From Obrimoposthia wandeli (taxonomy: Eukaryota), in the NCBI GenBank assembly GCA_977020255.1, contig CDROCS010004352.1:1-62604 (forward strand): DNA of 62,604 bases, in the 5' to 3' direction. The translations under genes and the position numbers were made by a program. Within the stretch, counting starts at the first letter, position 1. Each line of letters opens with the position of its first letter. The notes beneath the pieces are model-generated. The model made no database searches, was not told the origin of the DNA, and saw only the letters and a program-made list of their open reading frames with translations. Of this stretch, positions 13,990-28,413 are shown piece after piece.

Positions 13990-14960
13990 AAGTCCAAAAG
14001 CATTTTCCCGTCATCAGCATACATATCCTTATCAGATTCTTCAAACATTTCTAAATCTTCGTCGCTGCTTAATATCCGTTGGATAGAAACATAGAAAAAA
14101 TGAATAAAACCGATTACAATTTATTACATGCAAAATGAAAGAAAAATGTTAAAACATAAGGATATGAGCACGTTCAATTTTCTACATAGGTAACTTTGTT
14201 CCCATTTCATCTTTCTTGTTCCCATTTCATTTCATAACCATGAAGTTGAATTGTTACAGTCCATTGCTTCTTTTTTGGAATCGCATCAACATCTATTCCT
14301 CTTCCATAGTCTAGAAATGCGGCATCGGCTCCTCAGATACAAAATTCGTTCTTATTGAAAGTAAAATTTGGAACTGCTTTTTCAAGTTTCTGTTTAAGAT
14401 ATTGAAAATCTGGTTTTTGAATATTTGATAGATAATAACTGAACTTTCTTATTTCAATTGTCACATGATTTACTAAAGCAATCAGATGAGCCTTCTTCAA
14501 GAATCTGACTTTGTATTTGAAATATTGAAATACATATATAAAGAAGAATTTATAGAATACAATTTTAGTATAATGAAACTCGTAACTATAAATTATAAAG
14601 GTAGAATAGAAGATGATGTTTCGTACTTATCATTCAATGAAAATAACGTAGAGAATATTGAATAAGATTGATCTATATCACTACTCGAGTCGCAATCTTT
14701 GCATTTCTTTGGTTTGTTAGGTCTATCATACAAACGTAGCAGTCACTGAGATGGGGATACCACAGCAAATGACTCTACTCTGCCCTCCCAATCAACTTTC
14801 AAGAGTTCTAAAGCAGTGGTCTCAAATGACATTCTGGTGCTCAATGTTTTTCTTAATCATCGAGTGATATTTCAATGTTTACATACATGGATACCATTTT
14901 TAAAACAGTTCCATTTAGTCTTCTTTGAAAAGAACTTGCCACACACTTAACATAATTAAT
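13990..14960 (-). pseudogene. Decayed TIR-proximal gene Z (unknown)
   Basis: Acidic C-terminus EDLEMFEESDKDMYADDGKMLLDFE* shared with 46050-46110; internal pieces GADAAFLDYGRGIDVDAIPKKKQWTVTIQLHGYEMKWEQ and VCGKFFSKK. Confidence 0.4.
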
Positions 14961-15399
14961 TCGAGGAATATGTGAAACCCCGAGCAACCATAAGAATAAC
15001 ATTGATTTTAACAACTCCTTAAAATTTATTCAATTAATATTTTAATATAAAAGCTAAATTTATTATTTGAAAATACTTTGTCAGAAAAAAATACAAACTC
15101 CAAAAAAGATTGTTCAAACATTGATGAAATTTTAACAAAAATGTCCAAGATGCCAATAGATAATAATCAGATATTTTGAAGCAAAAGGGTTCAGAAAACC
15201 AAACTCATTCTCCATTTAATTGTATTTCCTTTTTGTTGCACGGTGTATTAATTTGTTAAAATTGTCTCTGCAAATAACTAATATAAATTTATAATACATT
15301 TCATTTTCTGTCGTAGAAGCTGGAACCGGAGATTTTTGCAGCTATTTATGGCTCCTGCTTCCGGTTCCAGCTCCAATGGCAGAATTTGCAGTTAACATG

Positions 15400-16072
15400 A
15401 CACCACTATGAAAAGTTGACTGCAGAATGGAAAATATCAACACCGCCATATTTATAAATGCGACTTCCTGTAAATTCATCGACTGTCGAGCTAAACTAAG
15501 CTAAATATCACATCCGATATCTGCATAAGTGATTCATGAAGAAGCTGTGTCTTGTATAAATTAATCACGGTTCAACATTCAGTGACCTAGACAATTATTT
15601 GACTGCACATTTCCTTTCAATGGAGTCTACAAGGAGTTTCAGAATGTCTAAATCGATGCTTCTTCTTCTCGGGATATTCCAGGTACCGACTACTTTTAAT
15701 CTTAATAAAATGCTTCTAAACGTAGAGAGACTCAGCAAAATAATTGGAGGAAAATCAAATTAATATGCAAAGCTAAATTTTATGTACATTACTTCATTAA
15801 CTATTTTTGCAGTGTGTATGTCGACAAAATGTTTATTTGGAATCTTTTGGGGATATAAAATCCCAGAGGGATAATCCAATGTCTAGGACCAGCTTCCCAC
15901 ATTTTGTTTTGCCAATATCGACCAACCTTTATTAAAATGAACTATTAACGAGAAAATAACATTGGAATCGGGAAGGATCCCGAATTTGAGCATCAGCGAA
16001 CCTAAAGACACAGCCAAACTGTTATTACAGACAACACAATCCACACACCATCTCGTGACATATCCACATCTT
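15400..16072. repeat. ~660-bp inverted repeat, right arm
   Basis: Reverse complement of 12465-13135. Confidence 0.9.
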
Positions 16073-16778
16073 CAACCATTCATCTTCTAAACGTTGTGAA
16101 GCTGTTGGAATAAAATTATTTTGTTGATTTTGCGGGTAAATTTTGATAAAAAAAGAAGTTCATTAATTGAAAATTGACTTTTTGTCTGTAGGGGTTTCTA
16201 AATTCATGTCAAATGTCTCTGGTATCTAGATCTGCTCACTCGTCTTCATAGGTCACTTCTGCAGTTCCAGACATATATATTCCCCTTCACAGACAATTTC
16301 AAAGTCTTTATTTACGATATTTTCCGAATAAATTTCGCTGAAGTGTTGTTTAATTATCTAACTTAAAAATTGAGATGAAATTATCCAAAAACGTTAACCT
16401 TAGTAAAATAATTTTAAAATGTTTTTAGCATGGAAATAAATATTTATTAAATACACCCTACAACGGTTTAACATCTTAGCTTACCAAATAATTATGGAAA
16501 ATATCTCAAAGTATGCATGTATTGAGGTTTAATACTTAGAGAACTTCGTAAGTTAAAAGTAAAAATAAACCTTGTCAGAACGTGTTTAATTAATTAACCA
16601 AAACGACAGCAGTAAGGATAATAATGTCTGTAAGCGGCAATTGTTTAAACCGTAAAGGTTGATTGGTCCAAAAGGTTGAAGGGTTTTGACTTGAGTCTTT
16701 GCTCGTAGAAACCGGTAAAATAAAGTTTGTAGTCGGTAAACTGTAATTGATTGCACCGTACAGATTGACGATTGTCGA

Positions 16779-16955
16779 TTGCTGTTGGGCTTGAGGCTTC
16801 TGTAATGAAGTATTGTAGGTTTGGAATGATGGATTGTTGATTGTTGTTGAGCTTCGGAGTTGTCGTTGCTGTTGGGCTTGAGGCTTCTGTAATGAAGTAT
16901 TGTTTGTTTGGAATGATGGATTGTTGATTGTTGTTGAGCTTCGGAGTTGTCGTTA
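16779..16955. repeat. 87-bp tandem duplication (2 copies) in a Q/N/T-rich decayed minus-strand frame
   Basis: gctgttgggcttgaggcttctgtaatg starts at 16781 and 16868. Confidence 0.85.
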
Positions 16956-19439
16956 CTGTTGGTTGTTGTGGAATTTATTTCTTTGATCTTTCTTTTGAAT
17001 TGTAATTGTTATGGGTTATCTTGATTTATTTTTCCTGCTAATTTCATTAGCAACCGTATATTTAGGAATTATGCCTCACTGGCAATCAATAATCATTGAT
17101 CCAAAAATTCCTTATAATGTAATATTAATAAATGGTGTTATCTTCATCATCATCATCATCACCACTCTCATTACTTTTGTATTCAAATTCATTTGATTTT
17201 AGTTAATATTTTGCATTGCTGTGGTTTGAATTTTGAGTACCACCCACCCACCCCTCTGACCGATGACTAACTGTTTAATTGGAAACATGAAATACTTTTT
17301 GACAATGAGAATGAGTCACGACAGAATGTTACAAGAAGCAAAAAAACCGTGTGGCATTTTCACAAAAATGTTTCCTTAAACAATTTTTAAAAACTCGAAA
17401 GATTTTTAAATGACGTTCACAAACGATCAATGTTATATTTCACACGGAAGATAATTTTAGAAGGACCCAGTTAATGGGACATCCGGTAGCAAAAATGAAC
17501 GATACAGAAAACGGCTTAAATACGAAAGATTTCAAACGCTTTTAGACCTCGCTTAGGATCAGATGGATATGATTATCAATAAATATATTTAGTGATGTCC
17601 AACATAGATGAGAATATTAATAGGAATATGTTAATTTGTGTACAGATAAATTATGAATGAAAGCGTGCCAAAAATGTTCTCGCTTCCAGTGAGATATTTC
17701 AAGGTTACAAATTGCTAAATTTACTGTAACTTGGCTAAATGAAAATAAAAATATCTTATAAATTTTTGTCATGCATGTCACCAAAAATGTCAAAGAAAAT
17801 ATTTGGGAAATTTTAACAAATAAAATTTGTATGAATAATTCGAATTATGAAGACTTGAGTCTCAATCGTGCATATTTTAAAGAATTGAATACGTTCATAG
17901 AAATTTAATTTTTATTAATATGGTTAAACCAAACCTCGATGAAATTTGTCTCTCAATAAACATTGACATTTGCGTTATCTCCGACATTTAGCGCAAATTG
18001 TAACTGGTAAAGTTTCATTCAAAGATTTAGAAAGGGAAATATTTTAGGGTCGCCGTAGAACTTCTCTTTATTGAATATTTCAACTATTTTTTGTAGCTGA
18101 TTTATCCAATGGCTTTGTCTTTCTAGCGATGATTTATTTGGGGCAATTCGATCATTTATCTTTCACAAATTCGGGGTTGAAACATCTTTGATCTACATAA
18201 AGTCCCAGGGGAGTTTCAATACTTGGCACACCAATTGGCATGTCATTAGTCACTGAATTAATCTTTCTTCTACCTCAGCTCATTCTGTTTCTGTCGTCTT
18301 TCTCACCACAATTCGGGTGGCGCATCCACCTTCAGATTTGCTAATAATATTGATATCGTATGAGATCTCTAACAGCGCATTTATCCTCTTTTCTTTCTGA
18401 ATAAAGTTTTTGTGGATTAATAAATTTGAACCACGGTTATGATATTAGCGAAGCTTAGGTCAGGAGCAGTTTTTATAAATACATCTTTGTTGCCTGATAG
18501 CGGTCTTCTTAAACTTTCAATACCCATTTAACATTTATCGATAATTCCATCAACATCCCCTGATCACTCGGCCTATTCTGTGTAGCCCTTCAGCATTCCT
18601 CGAAGAAGAGAAATCTTCATACACTGCCCCTTCCTATGTATGGTAACCAACATGGTGCACTTCTCAAACAAGTTGACAAGAGACGAGAGCAGAGTCTTCC
18701 ATCGCTGGGAGTAGGGAATAGGCTCTGTTCACGTTTCATGTTGGCCATTTTAAATGGAACCCTATAAAAGCGGCCATTTTGTTCTCCTGTTTAAGAATGA
18801 ATATTCTCCATTACTGAAGTGATAAGTCGCAATCTGGAGAATGTTTTTACGAATGTTATTAACTTGAGATATTGTGTGACGTTTTATTTTCCATGTTTTC
18901 GGGAAATTTCTCTGCCAATTCCAATTTTCATTTGTTTTACTGAAACAAATTTTTAACTGCTTTAGAATTTAAAAAAAGGTTTTATCCTTGAAATTGTTAA
19001 AGACCATTTACATACATTTTTTTATACATTTTTTTATACATTTTTTGCAATTTAATTTGTTGCATTGACCTAGACATTGTCCTATATAGTTGTATGTGGC
19101 CATGACCTTGTGTGGGTATCTTTCCTACATTACAATACAGCGATGCACAAGTTAATAATAACTTAGATGTTAATTTGGCCATAAGTCATAGATGCTCAGA
19201 CATTTTTCATCATATCACTTCAGTGCGACTCTATTTGCTCACCATCGTCCAAAGTTGCTTGTTGCGACTTAACATCCGTGTTGGCCAATACTAAGCGCTA
19301 CATCCCTTTCAAACAATGTAAATAGTGGCGTGGTTAATATAAGTTTGAAGTAGAGAAAGATCGTTAACCGTACAACTTGACCTCCAAAATTTCTATAAAG
19401 TGGATTATTCTTTTCAATTCGTGAAACATTTTTCATATG

Positions 19440-19760
19440 CAGTTGTAGCTACAGCACGACCTTCTAAGTTAAAGTCGATATAATTATTGGTACACGAATT
19501 AAACATTCAGAAACCGTAAAGGATAAATTTAGTGTTATGTGTCAACAATTTTGAAATTTTTGGGTCAGGAGAACACTCTCATAGCACTCTGCTCTAGGTA
19601 AATCATCAAGGTTATCATGTAAATTAGCTGGAATAGACAAGTCAACTTTCAACAAGTGCACATATTTTTAACAACTTATATCAAATATGTTACGGTCAGA
19701 GTCCCTCCCAATTATAAGCTCATCAGGTACAGCTGAAGTCGGTATGAAACAATGGCTGAC
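19440..19760 (-). pseudogene. pPolB: Polinton pPolB fragment
   Basis: LKVDLSIPANLHDNLDDLP matches VEVDIKIPPNMHDKLDDLP of the 47415-50040 copy. Confidence 0.7.
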
Positions 19761-21789
19761 TCAAGGCCCAACAATTAGGATTATTTATACAAATAAAGAG
19801 AAGGAATGCACCATCATCATATTTAATATTATTATTAATGAAATTAATTCTTCATAGTATAGACGTTTTAAACATATTATTAATTTTGGGGTCTTAAAAT
19901 AATTCTATATCATCAACTGATACCAGGGATACTAAAGAAATTGATGGTCTTCAGATTTTCCTTGCCATTTACATTCCATCTGAAAACTGTAATACTGTCC
20001 ATATCCTTTTAGTCTCTGCAAGTTGATTATCAATAACATTAGACTGAAACTCAGATTTAGGTGGTAGAGACGTTTCTATTAAATCAACTCTACTGCTAAT
20101 GTACTCATAAGAGAAGTGTAAAGTGTCGGTTCTAAAACAATAACACACAAATCTCGTTTCAAACAGGAACGAAGAACAAAAGCACATCTGGAATTCGCTT
20201 TGTTCTTCGTTCCTTGTTCGGAGGTGGGGAGGGGGGTAGTTCTTTGTGTGCTTTTCTTTTGAACTGACACTTTACACTTTTCATAAGGGATTATATATAT
20301 ATTAGCAACAACATTCAGTATAAGGAGATTTCAATAAAAGACTCTACAAAAGAGTCAAAATTAGCCAATACCGTCATGAGGTTACCCCAGATTTTATATA
20401 ACCTATCTTAGACTATAGTGTCCATATGCAACGAATTTGTTTGTCTCAAACCAAATCCTTTTGTCGTCATAACACCTTAACACACTTTTTATCATTAAGC
20501 ATTGTAAATAATTGATGGTTACGTGATAAAATATGCGTCTGACCGGCAGTTATAATTTCATCATCGACATAACACTTTATGTAATGCTCATGTCTGATTT
20601 CGGTTTATTTATGGGAGATACCCTTAGCCCTCATACTCGTTTTCAATGAGTAGCATTTAGGTTTCAGAAATACCCATTCATCATAAAGCACTGTTCCTGT
20701 GCTTTTATCTTTAAACTTTCCAATCACATTTCAATGAGAATTGTTAAATAACTCATGTATGAGCGGGAAATAGTAGTAAATAGTGTCAGTACAACGCCAC
20801 TACGTCACCCCACCACCCGGAGGTGAGGGTGAGGCGGTGGCGCTGTACCAACACTATAGGGGCTAAAGATATGTCTAAATATAGTCAATTTTAGTCAAAA
20901 TGACGTTAAAATTGCTTAAAATGACTCATAAAGTCTCGAAATTCTGCATACAATGTCAGGTCTCGTTTGGCGTTGTATGTAGGGGTCTGGCGTTGTAACC
21001 AGGATTTAGTCAGACGTTGTTACCTGGGGTTACACTTTACTGCAAAACCATTTTTGGTGCAGTATGCATAATTTCATAACCTTTTTCAAGTATCGCGTTA
21101 TTTCTTACCGATTAAAACAAAAATTGATAATTTTAAGTAGATGATTTTAAGTGACCGAAGTCTCCTTTGTAGAGCCTCTTAAGAGGGAAGCCCTGCACGA
21201 CCGGACAGCGCCTTTGGTAAGGAATATATTTAGAATACTTTAGTTTATAGTAAACCTTTAAACCTTGAAAGTTTTTAAATAAATAAGTAATTAAAAATGT
21301 AAAATAATAAAAATCATTTATTCATATGATTACAATACGGTGTCTCATGATGATAGTAGTATTGAATGTCTCCCATAGCTTTTAAATTTATGTTAAATTT
21401 TTAAAAATAAAGCCTTGCTTAGATGGTAATGAAAACGTTCTACTATCCTTAATTCGAAAAGTTCCGGAGAACAATATATTGAAATATATTGCGATGTATA
21501 TAGTTTGAAAATGTCTTCTTTAAGGTTGGTGCGAAGAGCACATAACATGTCTAAAGTACTTAAAGTCCTAATGATGAAATGATTTTAAAACTAAAGTGTT
21601 TCGATTATGTAAAAACCTAACTTCAATATAATTAGTCAACTAATCAAAATAATCCTATATAACAAATAACGCGATTAAACACTTAAGTTGTATTATTATA
21701 TACAAATAATAATATACATTAAAAACTAATAATAACAACAACAATAACATAACTATATATCTTATTTTAAAATTATTAAGTTAAATTAA

Positions 21790-24110
21790 AATGACCATAA
21801 GCAAAACTTTTATTCCTACTAACCTATGTTCTTTTATAATCAAAATATTTTAAAGCAACTTTAGAAGTAAATTTTGTCTGAAGCTGAATGTTAACCGATG
21901 CTATACGTGACTGGTTAACACTAATAATTTCTTCATTTTCATAACTACTGAGGTAGTTTTGATATCTGAAGTTAGTTTGTTTTAAAGAAATACCCTTAGC
22001 CCTTAATTTATTTTGAAGTGAATAACATTTTGGTTTTAAGAAAACCCATTCATTATAATCAGTACTCTCACTTTCATATTTAAATTTTCCAATTACAGTT
22101 TTAAAGTTTTCTGAATACAAGGTATGTGTTTTAGGATAATTACTCGTATCTAAATACCCATGTGTAATCATTTCTTTGAGTAATTTATCCTTATTAATAT
22201 TCACACACTCGAGGAAAAATAATCTGTGTACATAGCTATCATTTAAATACTACACTTAAAAGCTTGCCTATACCGTTCAACATATTGTAATTGATACATT
22301 CATAAACTAGATATATCAAGTACAGCTTGACAGATATAATAAGTCTAATCTAAACATATCTCCTGTTTCTGCATTAAAATTAAATTTAAATCATAATTTA
22401 TTTGAGTATAGCGTTTAAACCAAGGACTCGAAACTAATTTTTCAAACCGTTTATTTTTATTATATTATCTAATATCAAGCCCCCTCATAAGATTCTCAAA
22501 CGTTTAACCGTAAATATAATTATTTTTTAATTTGTAAAACTCATATTCAAAATTATTACACTCTAGTTTGAATTAAAATATATATATTGTTTTAAAATGG
22601 GTACTTTTTTAAACTCATAGCTCTATGAATTGTTAAGATTTCAGCACCAAGAAAAACAGAATAGTAGTAAATAGAAATGAATTACATAATGTGTTATCAT
22701 TATGTGTTAAAAGCTATTTAGGAGTTTTTGAGTTTGGTGGACACATCTTATGTGGTCCAATAATGAAGTCATCAACTTTATTATGTTTACGATTCGGAAT
22801 ATGTAAGTCTACTTCAACAAGAAAATCCCATACGATTTTAATCAAATCCTTATCACTTCCAACTTAATTCAAAATATCATCAAAATTATCATGCACTCAC
22901 TTAAATTCCATATGGGGTAAAGGTTGACTTAAAGCCCATCCGTATAAGTTATTCACATATATATATAGAATTGATGTACTATCATCAGACTTACAATAAT
23001 GTTTATTGACAAAAGTCATACCTCCTTTAATACCTGCTTCAAATAAATTATACATTTATGGATCATGTATCAAGTATACTTTATGTGTTGATGATTTTAC
23101 TGCACTACACCAACTAAGACTGGGAATACTAAAGAAATTAAGAGCCTCAAGATTATCATCAGATCTAACTTTCTGTCAAAAAGCCTCAAATATGTCACAA
23201 AGGAAGTATACATCAAGACGCATATATTCCATCATAAAGTATTTAATATTAGTGTAGCTTAGTTTTGTCCACATTGTGTGAACTAATTTATATTTATCAT
23301 CTGTAAGTCTATCAGAAAATTCACATTTTAGAGGCAATTTATCTTTATATAACTTAGATTCACTGGAAATATATTCATAGAGAAAACCCCTTTACTAGAT
23401 ATCAAATCAGTGCTAAAATCTCTCGATGTATCCGGGGAACTGGGAAGATAACTAACTAACATAGATTTTTAAGACTAGTTGTTGTAAAATGATATAAATC
23501 TAAACATTTCAAGGTTCCAGCCGATAATTTTATTTTTAGAGCCATACATTTTTCATTAAATTTGAATATGATTGAATAACTTTTTACTTATCATTTTGGA
23601 AATTTTAAAATATTATGAATTAAGTTTTGAAAAAGTATTAATAACATAGATATCTTACCAAATCTACGAGATAAATTACATTTATTACATGCTGAAACAT
23701 GATCATAATCACGTACTAAATCTCTAGTGATTTTATAACAAAGGTACGACTCTCTCGAAAAACTACCCGATTTTCATTTGTCATTATTAGTGGTGCTTGC
23801 AAATTATTTCTTTAAAAAAGTGCAAGAATTTCATCAAGAATTTCCGTTAATTTATCAATAAAGTTGGAAGCACAATCTAAACCGAAATATGAAAAGTATT
23901 CTATTGTGTCAGTAACATTATTTTTCAACAACATTCCAACTGCAATGGGATTATGTATAGGTTTAACTATCACATCAGGTTCTAAAATACTTTCAAAATC
24001 AGCGTAAACTACAAAATGAGGTTGAACTGACTTTGACCAATCTGTAAATTAACAATATTTACCATCCGATGTAGTGAATAAAGTTGTAGTATCACTAATA
24101 AAATTACAGT
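21790..24110 (-). pseudogene. pPolB: Polinton protein-primed DNA polymerase B, degenerate
   Basis: VVYADFESIL; VRDYDHVSACNKCNL (EndoVII-like); GIKGGMTFVNKH...YVNNLYGWALSQP; IGKFKYE...LKPKCYSL...RAKG; AYGH terminus. Confidence 0.9.
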
Positions 24111-25384
24111 GAGTTTTTAAGAACACCACAATAATGATAAGTTTCTTTTTACTATGAACAAAAGTATTCTAAATATATTCTTTGCCAAAAGTGCTGTCCG
24201 GCCATGAAGGGTGTTTGGGTATGGACAAGAGCATAATAACATAGGGCAAGAATAAATTTTATTATTCAACATTAAAATCTCAGTTTCATACATAAAATCG
24301 ATAAAAATACAAATTTGATAATAATACCTTGGCAACTTTTTCTGTTTAGTTTCCGACCACCTTAGTAAAACAATAATAACTTTCCATATTACTTTCCGTA
24401 AACTTTTATAAAAAAAACAACATTCTTCACTACCTTCACTACCCACCCATCGCCATTTCATTAATAGTCAACTCTTCGACAAAGGGCTTCCTCTTAGGAG
24501 GCTCTGCAAGGGAGACTGGTAACTTAAAATCATCCTCAGAAATTATACTATTTAAACGGTGGGAAATAGCACGATATTTGAAAAAGTCTGGAAATTATAC
24601 ATATGACGTCAAAAATAGATTTTCAGCAAATAGTACTCCCAGGGAGACCTATTGCATTGAGTTAGTATGCAGGAAGACAGGGCAGCAGTTTTACCATTAT
24701 TAATAAAATTTAAATTATTTATTATAATAATAGAAACAATAATCGTCAGAGTCCAACAATAATAACACAATATATAGAGAGATAAAGAGTCACAATAATA
24801 GGATCAGTAGCTTTCTTCTTCAATTCAAACTAAACAGTATACTTGGCATAAACTTGACAATCAACTAAACTTCAAATGAATCTAAGAATAATTCTGAATT
24901 TTTTTTAAAATCATCATAAAAAATTACCTCAAATAAAAATCACTCAACAGGAGCGACCATTAATGAAAAATGAATTCGTTTATATCAAAATAAACGCCTA
25001 CAACGTGATATATTAAAAAAAATATTTAGAATTATTTTATTTTTAACATCTTTAATTTTATTAAAAAAATATTGATTTTTAATAAAACTCATTACAAAAT
25101 TTAAATTTAAATAAATTTCAGATTCTAAAAATGTAAGAAATTTTAAAAAACTACTTTTTAGTTTATTGTTTTATGTAATTTAGTATGATCATATAGCAGT
25201 TTTTAGAATTTTTAAATTTTCAATAAAAATTTTTAAATGTTGAAATAAATTTATTTTAATGAAATAATTTGCAAACATTTGTAAAACATGTATTTATAAA
25301 TTTATTAAAAAATTTACTGAAATTAATATTTATAATCTATATAAATCTAATTTTTATAAAATAAGTCGTTTAAATTTGTAAATT

Positions 25385-25739
25385 TTATTGAGAAACTTGA
25401 TGATGCAACCATAAAAGACATAAAGGACCAAAATTAGTAGTTAACGGATTTTGCATACGAGTTTTATTGTAGAATATATGGTATTTCCATTGAGTTTCCA
25501 CATTTCTGATGACTGTTGACGGATAATAAATTCTTAGAGGATCGATTATGTGTACATTATCACGTCTCATGAATAGTGCAATCCAGTGTTCACCAGGTAA
25601 ATTACTTGTATGAGTATTTACAACATATCCTCCAGGTTTTAGAGTCTGTATTTTATCCATAGGAAACACTCATTTGAATTTATGTTCCATTAATTGAATT
25701 CCCACAGTATTAACCTGTTTAGAACAACACTTACTTCAT
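25385..25739 (-). pseudogene. Polinton adenain-like cysteine protease, with a remnant intron after ATG-AA and one premature stop
   Basis: NTHTSNLPGEHWIAL...IIDP...MQNPLTTNFGPLC (catalytic Cys replaced by F); ATG at 25739 overlaps the capsid stop codon. Confidence 0.85.
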
Positions 25740-26249
25740 CCAACAATTGCACGTTTGCCTTTAGGTACTTGAATTTCAGTATCGAAAACACCGCAAATTA
25801 TTATGCTTGATGGTGTTCTAATCCCGAGAGACGGTCAATACAAATTTAAAAAATGGATAACGTTCCTTAAAATAATCAAATGTTATACCTATGTTTATAT
25901 TCTTTTCCAATAATTCCATGTTTCTAATCTGTGATTGAATATACGCAAACATGAACTCATCTTTTTCAAAGTTTGTAGTGTACGTTTCAACAAAATCAGT
26001 GTTTCTACAAAGGGAAATTGAACCGACATTACAATGATCAAATTCTGAAGTGTATGTTTCACTAGACCCGTCCATTTTAAGATTATCTTGAAATGTAACC
26101 AAAACAAATTTAGGTAATTGCTCATCATCAAAAATAGGCAATTTATAAAATTTTGTAGCACCTTTAGGTAGTGAATAATGTACCACTTTTCTACGTATAT
26201 ATGGATAAACCGCATTTTGAGTTTCCAAACCAACATTATGAACCATCAA
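25736..26249 (-). pseudogene. Polinton double-jelly-roll major capsid protein, C-terminal part
   Basis: YPYIRRKV...LPKFVLVTFQ...NVGSISLCRNTDFVETY...GVFDTEIQV; homologous to 46204-46758. Confidence 0.85.
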
Positions 26250-26399
26250 TACTGATATTTAGGTGGTTCAAGAAAATCCGATTGAATTGAACCGCACAAC
26301 TCAAATTCATTAGATTTTTCTATCCAACCTTACTGACATAACCAATTGAATCCAATGAAATACTTTTCGTATCTTTGCTATAATTAAGCATATATTCAA

Positions 26400-27319
26400 T
26401 CAAAGTCTAGTGAGCATAATTACCATTTCTTGCTCATAAAACTTTACTTTTATTGGACTTTTATTCTCATCTATGATGTTATACATTACGGGATTGGAAT
26501 GTAAATTAAATTTTGATATTTCAAATACTTAATTACTCCAATTTTTAACGAAATTTTTAATAAAAGATGTTGTACTCAGTCGTGATATGCGAACAAAATC
26601 TCCAACTGTGTATTTGGGTTTCTTTGTTATTAATTTTTACGAGAAATCAAATTCAATAAATTTTATTACGAGAAAATCAATCATCAAATTAAATATATAT
26701 AGGTTTCTTACTACCTAAACCGCAATGTGGTGAGTGATTATATGAAATTAATAGTTTAGATAGTACCTTTACCCATTTCTTTGATCCAATTACAACAAAA
26801 TGTTTCTTTAATTAATCTCTTAATATCCTATTAAATCGTTCAACCAAAGCCACTTTAAAGTGTGAAAACACAGAGTAATGATTTACTTCTAATTTAAAAG
26901 TTGCTTTAACATGTTTGTTATAAAACTATTTTCCAGCATCTGTTTGTACATTATCGGGTACAACATCAATCATATTTTTGATGGCAGCATCTATATCTTT
27001 ACCGGATTTTGATTTTACGGGTTCAGCACGCCTAAATCTGGTAAATACATCAATACATGTTAACATATATTTTATAACCGCTAATTATACACTCATAAGG
27101 TATCATTACCATCAAATCAATTTGTCATAAATAATTAGGACCATTAGTTTTGTACTATCGTGTTGGGAACCTTTTCCGCATCGATTTGTTGAGACTGTAC
27201 CCTAGTTGATTGTTCAGCCATGTTTGAGTTTTCTTTTGGCTCGACTTTGTGTTTGATGATAGAGCTCCAACGCCGCTGTATCCAACTGGATCTTCGGGGT
27301 CGTATCATCTCGTTTCCAT
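26400..27319 (-). pseudogene. Polinton RVE (retroviral-like) integrase with stops
   Basis: QIDL...GYKYMLTCIDVFTRF...VQTDAGK*F...VERFNRIL...SYNHSPH...KYTVGDFVRIS...NWSN*VF...FYEQE. Confidence 0.92.
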
Positions 27320-27369
27320 TACAACACCTTATTTTAAAATAAAATTTTGCAAGTTGTTGCCCTTACAAT

Positions 27370-27580
27370 TTAGGCAACAGCTCTAGTTAGTAGAGGAACT
27401 AATAAAGTTGCAATTATCAGTAAAAGTGCACCAATAAATCCCCCTTTTTGGCTCAATACTATTTTCCTTCGATCAGAACCACTTGTGTTTTGTAACTTTT
27501 GACTTAAGTTTACTGAGATTGACTTTTCCTTTAACTATATTTAACTGAATTTCAACTAAGTTATCGATAACAAAAAGGTG
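27370..27580 (-). pseudogene. Polinton small protein with QKGGF motif followed by a hydrophobic helix (adenovirus pX-like)
   Basis: LVEIQLNIVKGKVNLS...DRRKIVLSQKGGFIGALLLIIATLLVPLLTRAVA*; one internal frameshift. Confidence 0.7.
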
Positions 27581-27789
27581 GGAATGACTTGAGAATTCTA
27601 GCTCTATAAAAAGCGTTTGAAAGTAAGGTAAAACGTTTTTAATTTATTATCTAAACTGAAAGTACATATATTGTTTATAGTCTTATTGAGAAAATGAATA
27701 AAAACCTCCTTTTTATTTTCCCTTTTATCAATTACAATCCAATTCTTTTGACTTTTTAACACTCTTCAAAGTACACTTTTTGTTTTTAA

Positions 27790-28040
27790 CACGTTTCTTT
27801 TTAGTACTATTGGAGCTTAATTAAATTTTATTGCTCTATGTACTTGTTTAATTTCTGCTTCCAGAAATAAGTAAAATTACAGTAGTTGTGAGTGTATGAT
27901 GTAATTATTTTTATCCTCATGGGTAATCAACAGCTTTGAGGTTTTGAGCTGGGAGGGAATTCTCTATTAGGCGCAATCGGTAAGTCATCAAGTTTATCAT
28001 GGATACTGATTGGTATGTAAATCAACCTCCTACAAGCATC
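27790..28040 (-). pseudogene. pPolB: Polinton pPolB fragment
   Basis: HDKLDDLPIAP...KLLITHEDKNNYIIH...VHRAIKF. Confidence 0.8.
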
Positions 28041-28413
28041 CATGTTCTTTAAGACTTAAGTCCTTAAGTTCATGAATATCCTCTCAGTTAAAAGCTCTCA
28101 AATATTTCCTTGCTTGCTACAATTCTTAGGTTTAGGTATTGTGTAGTATAAGGATAACTTGGCAAGTATGAAACTAAGGATTCTAGACTTGATGTTGTAA
28201 AAAGATGGCGATCAATGAATTTCAATGTCTCCATCTTCATCTCTATACGGAGGGACATGAACTTTTCACTTGATTTAGGGATAAATGAAAAAAACCCTTT
28301 TAAGTCGACATTCTCTTATATATAAATTGTTGATAATTTGTATTTTTAATTTATTCAATAACAAAATAATAACAGCGATAAATAAACTCAAAATAAATAT
28401 ATTTTTAGAAAAA

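Noticed and set aside
15318-15372. 12-bp inverted pair gctggaaccgga/tccggttccagc
   Set aside because: Too short and isolated to assign; possibly a MITE remnant.
18050-18500. Degenerate Gypsy RT on the minus strand
   Set aside because: Only a vague resemblance (IISKS...IVVRK); no diagnostic motif survives.
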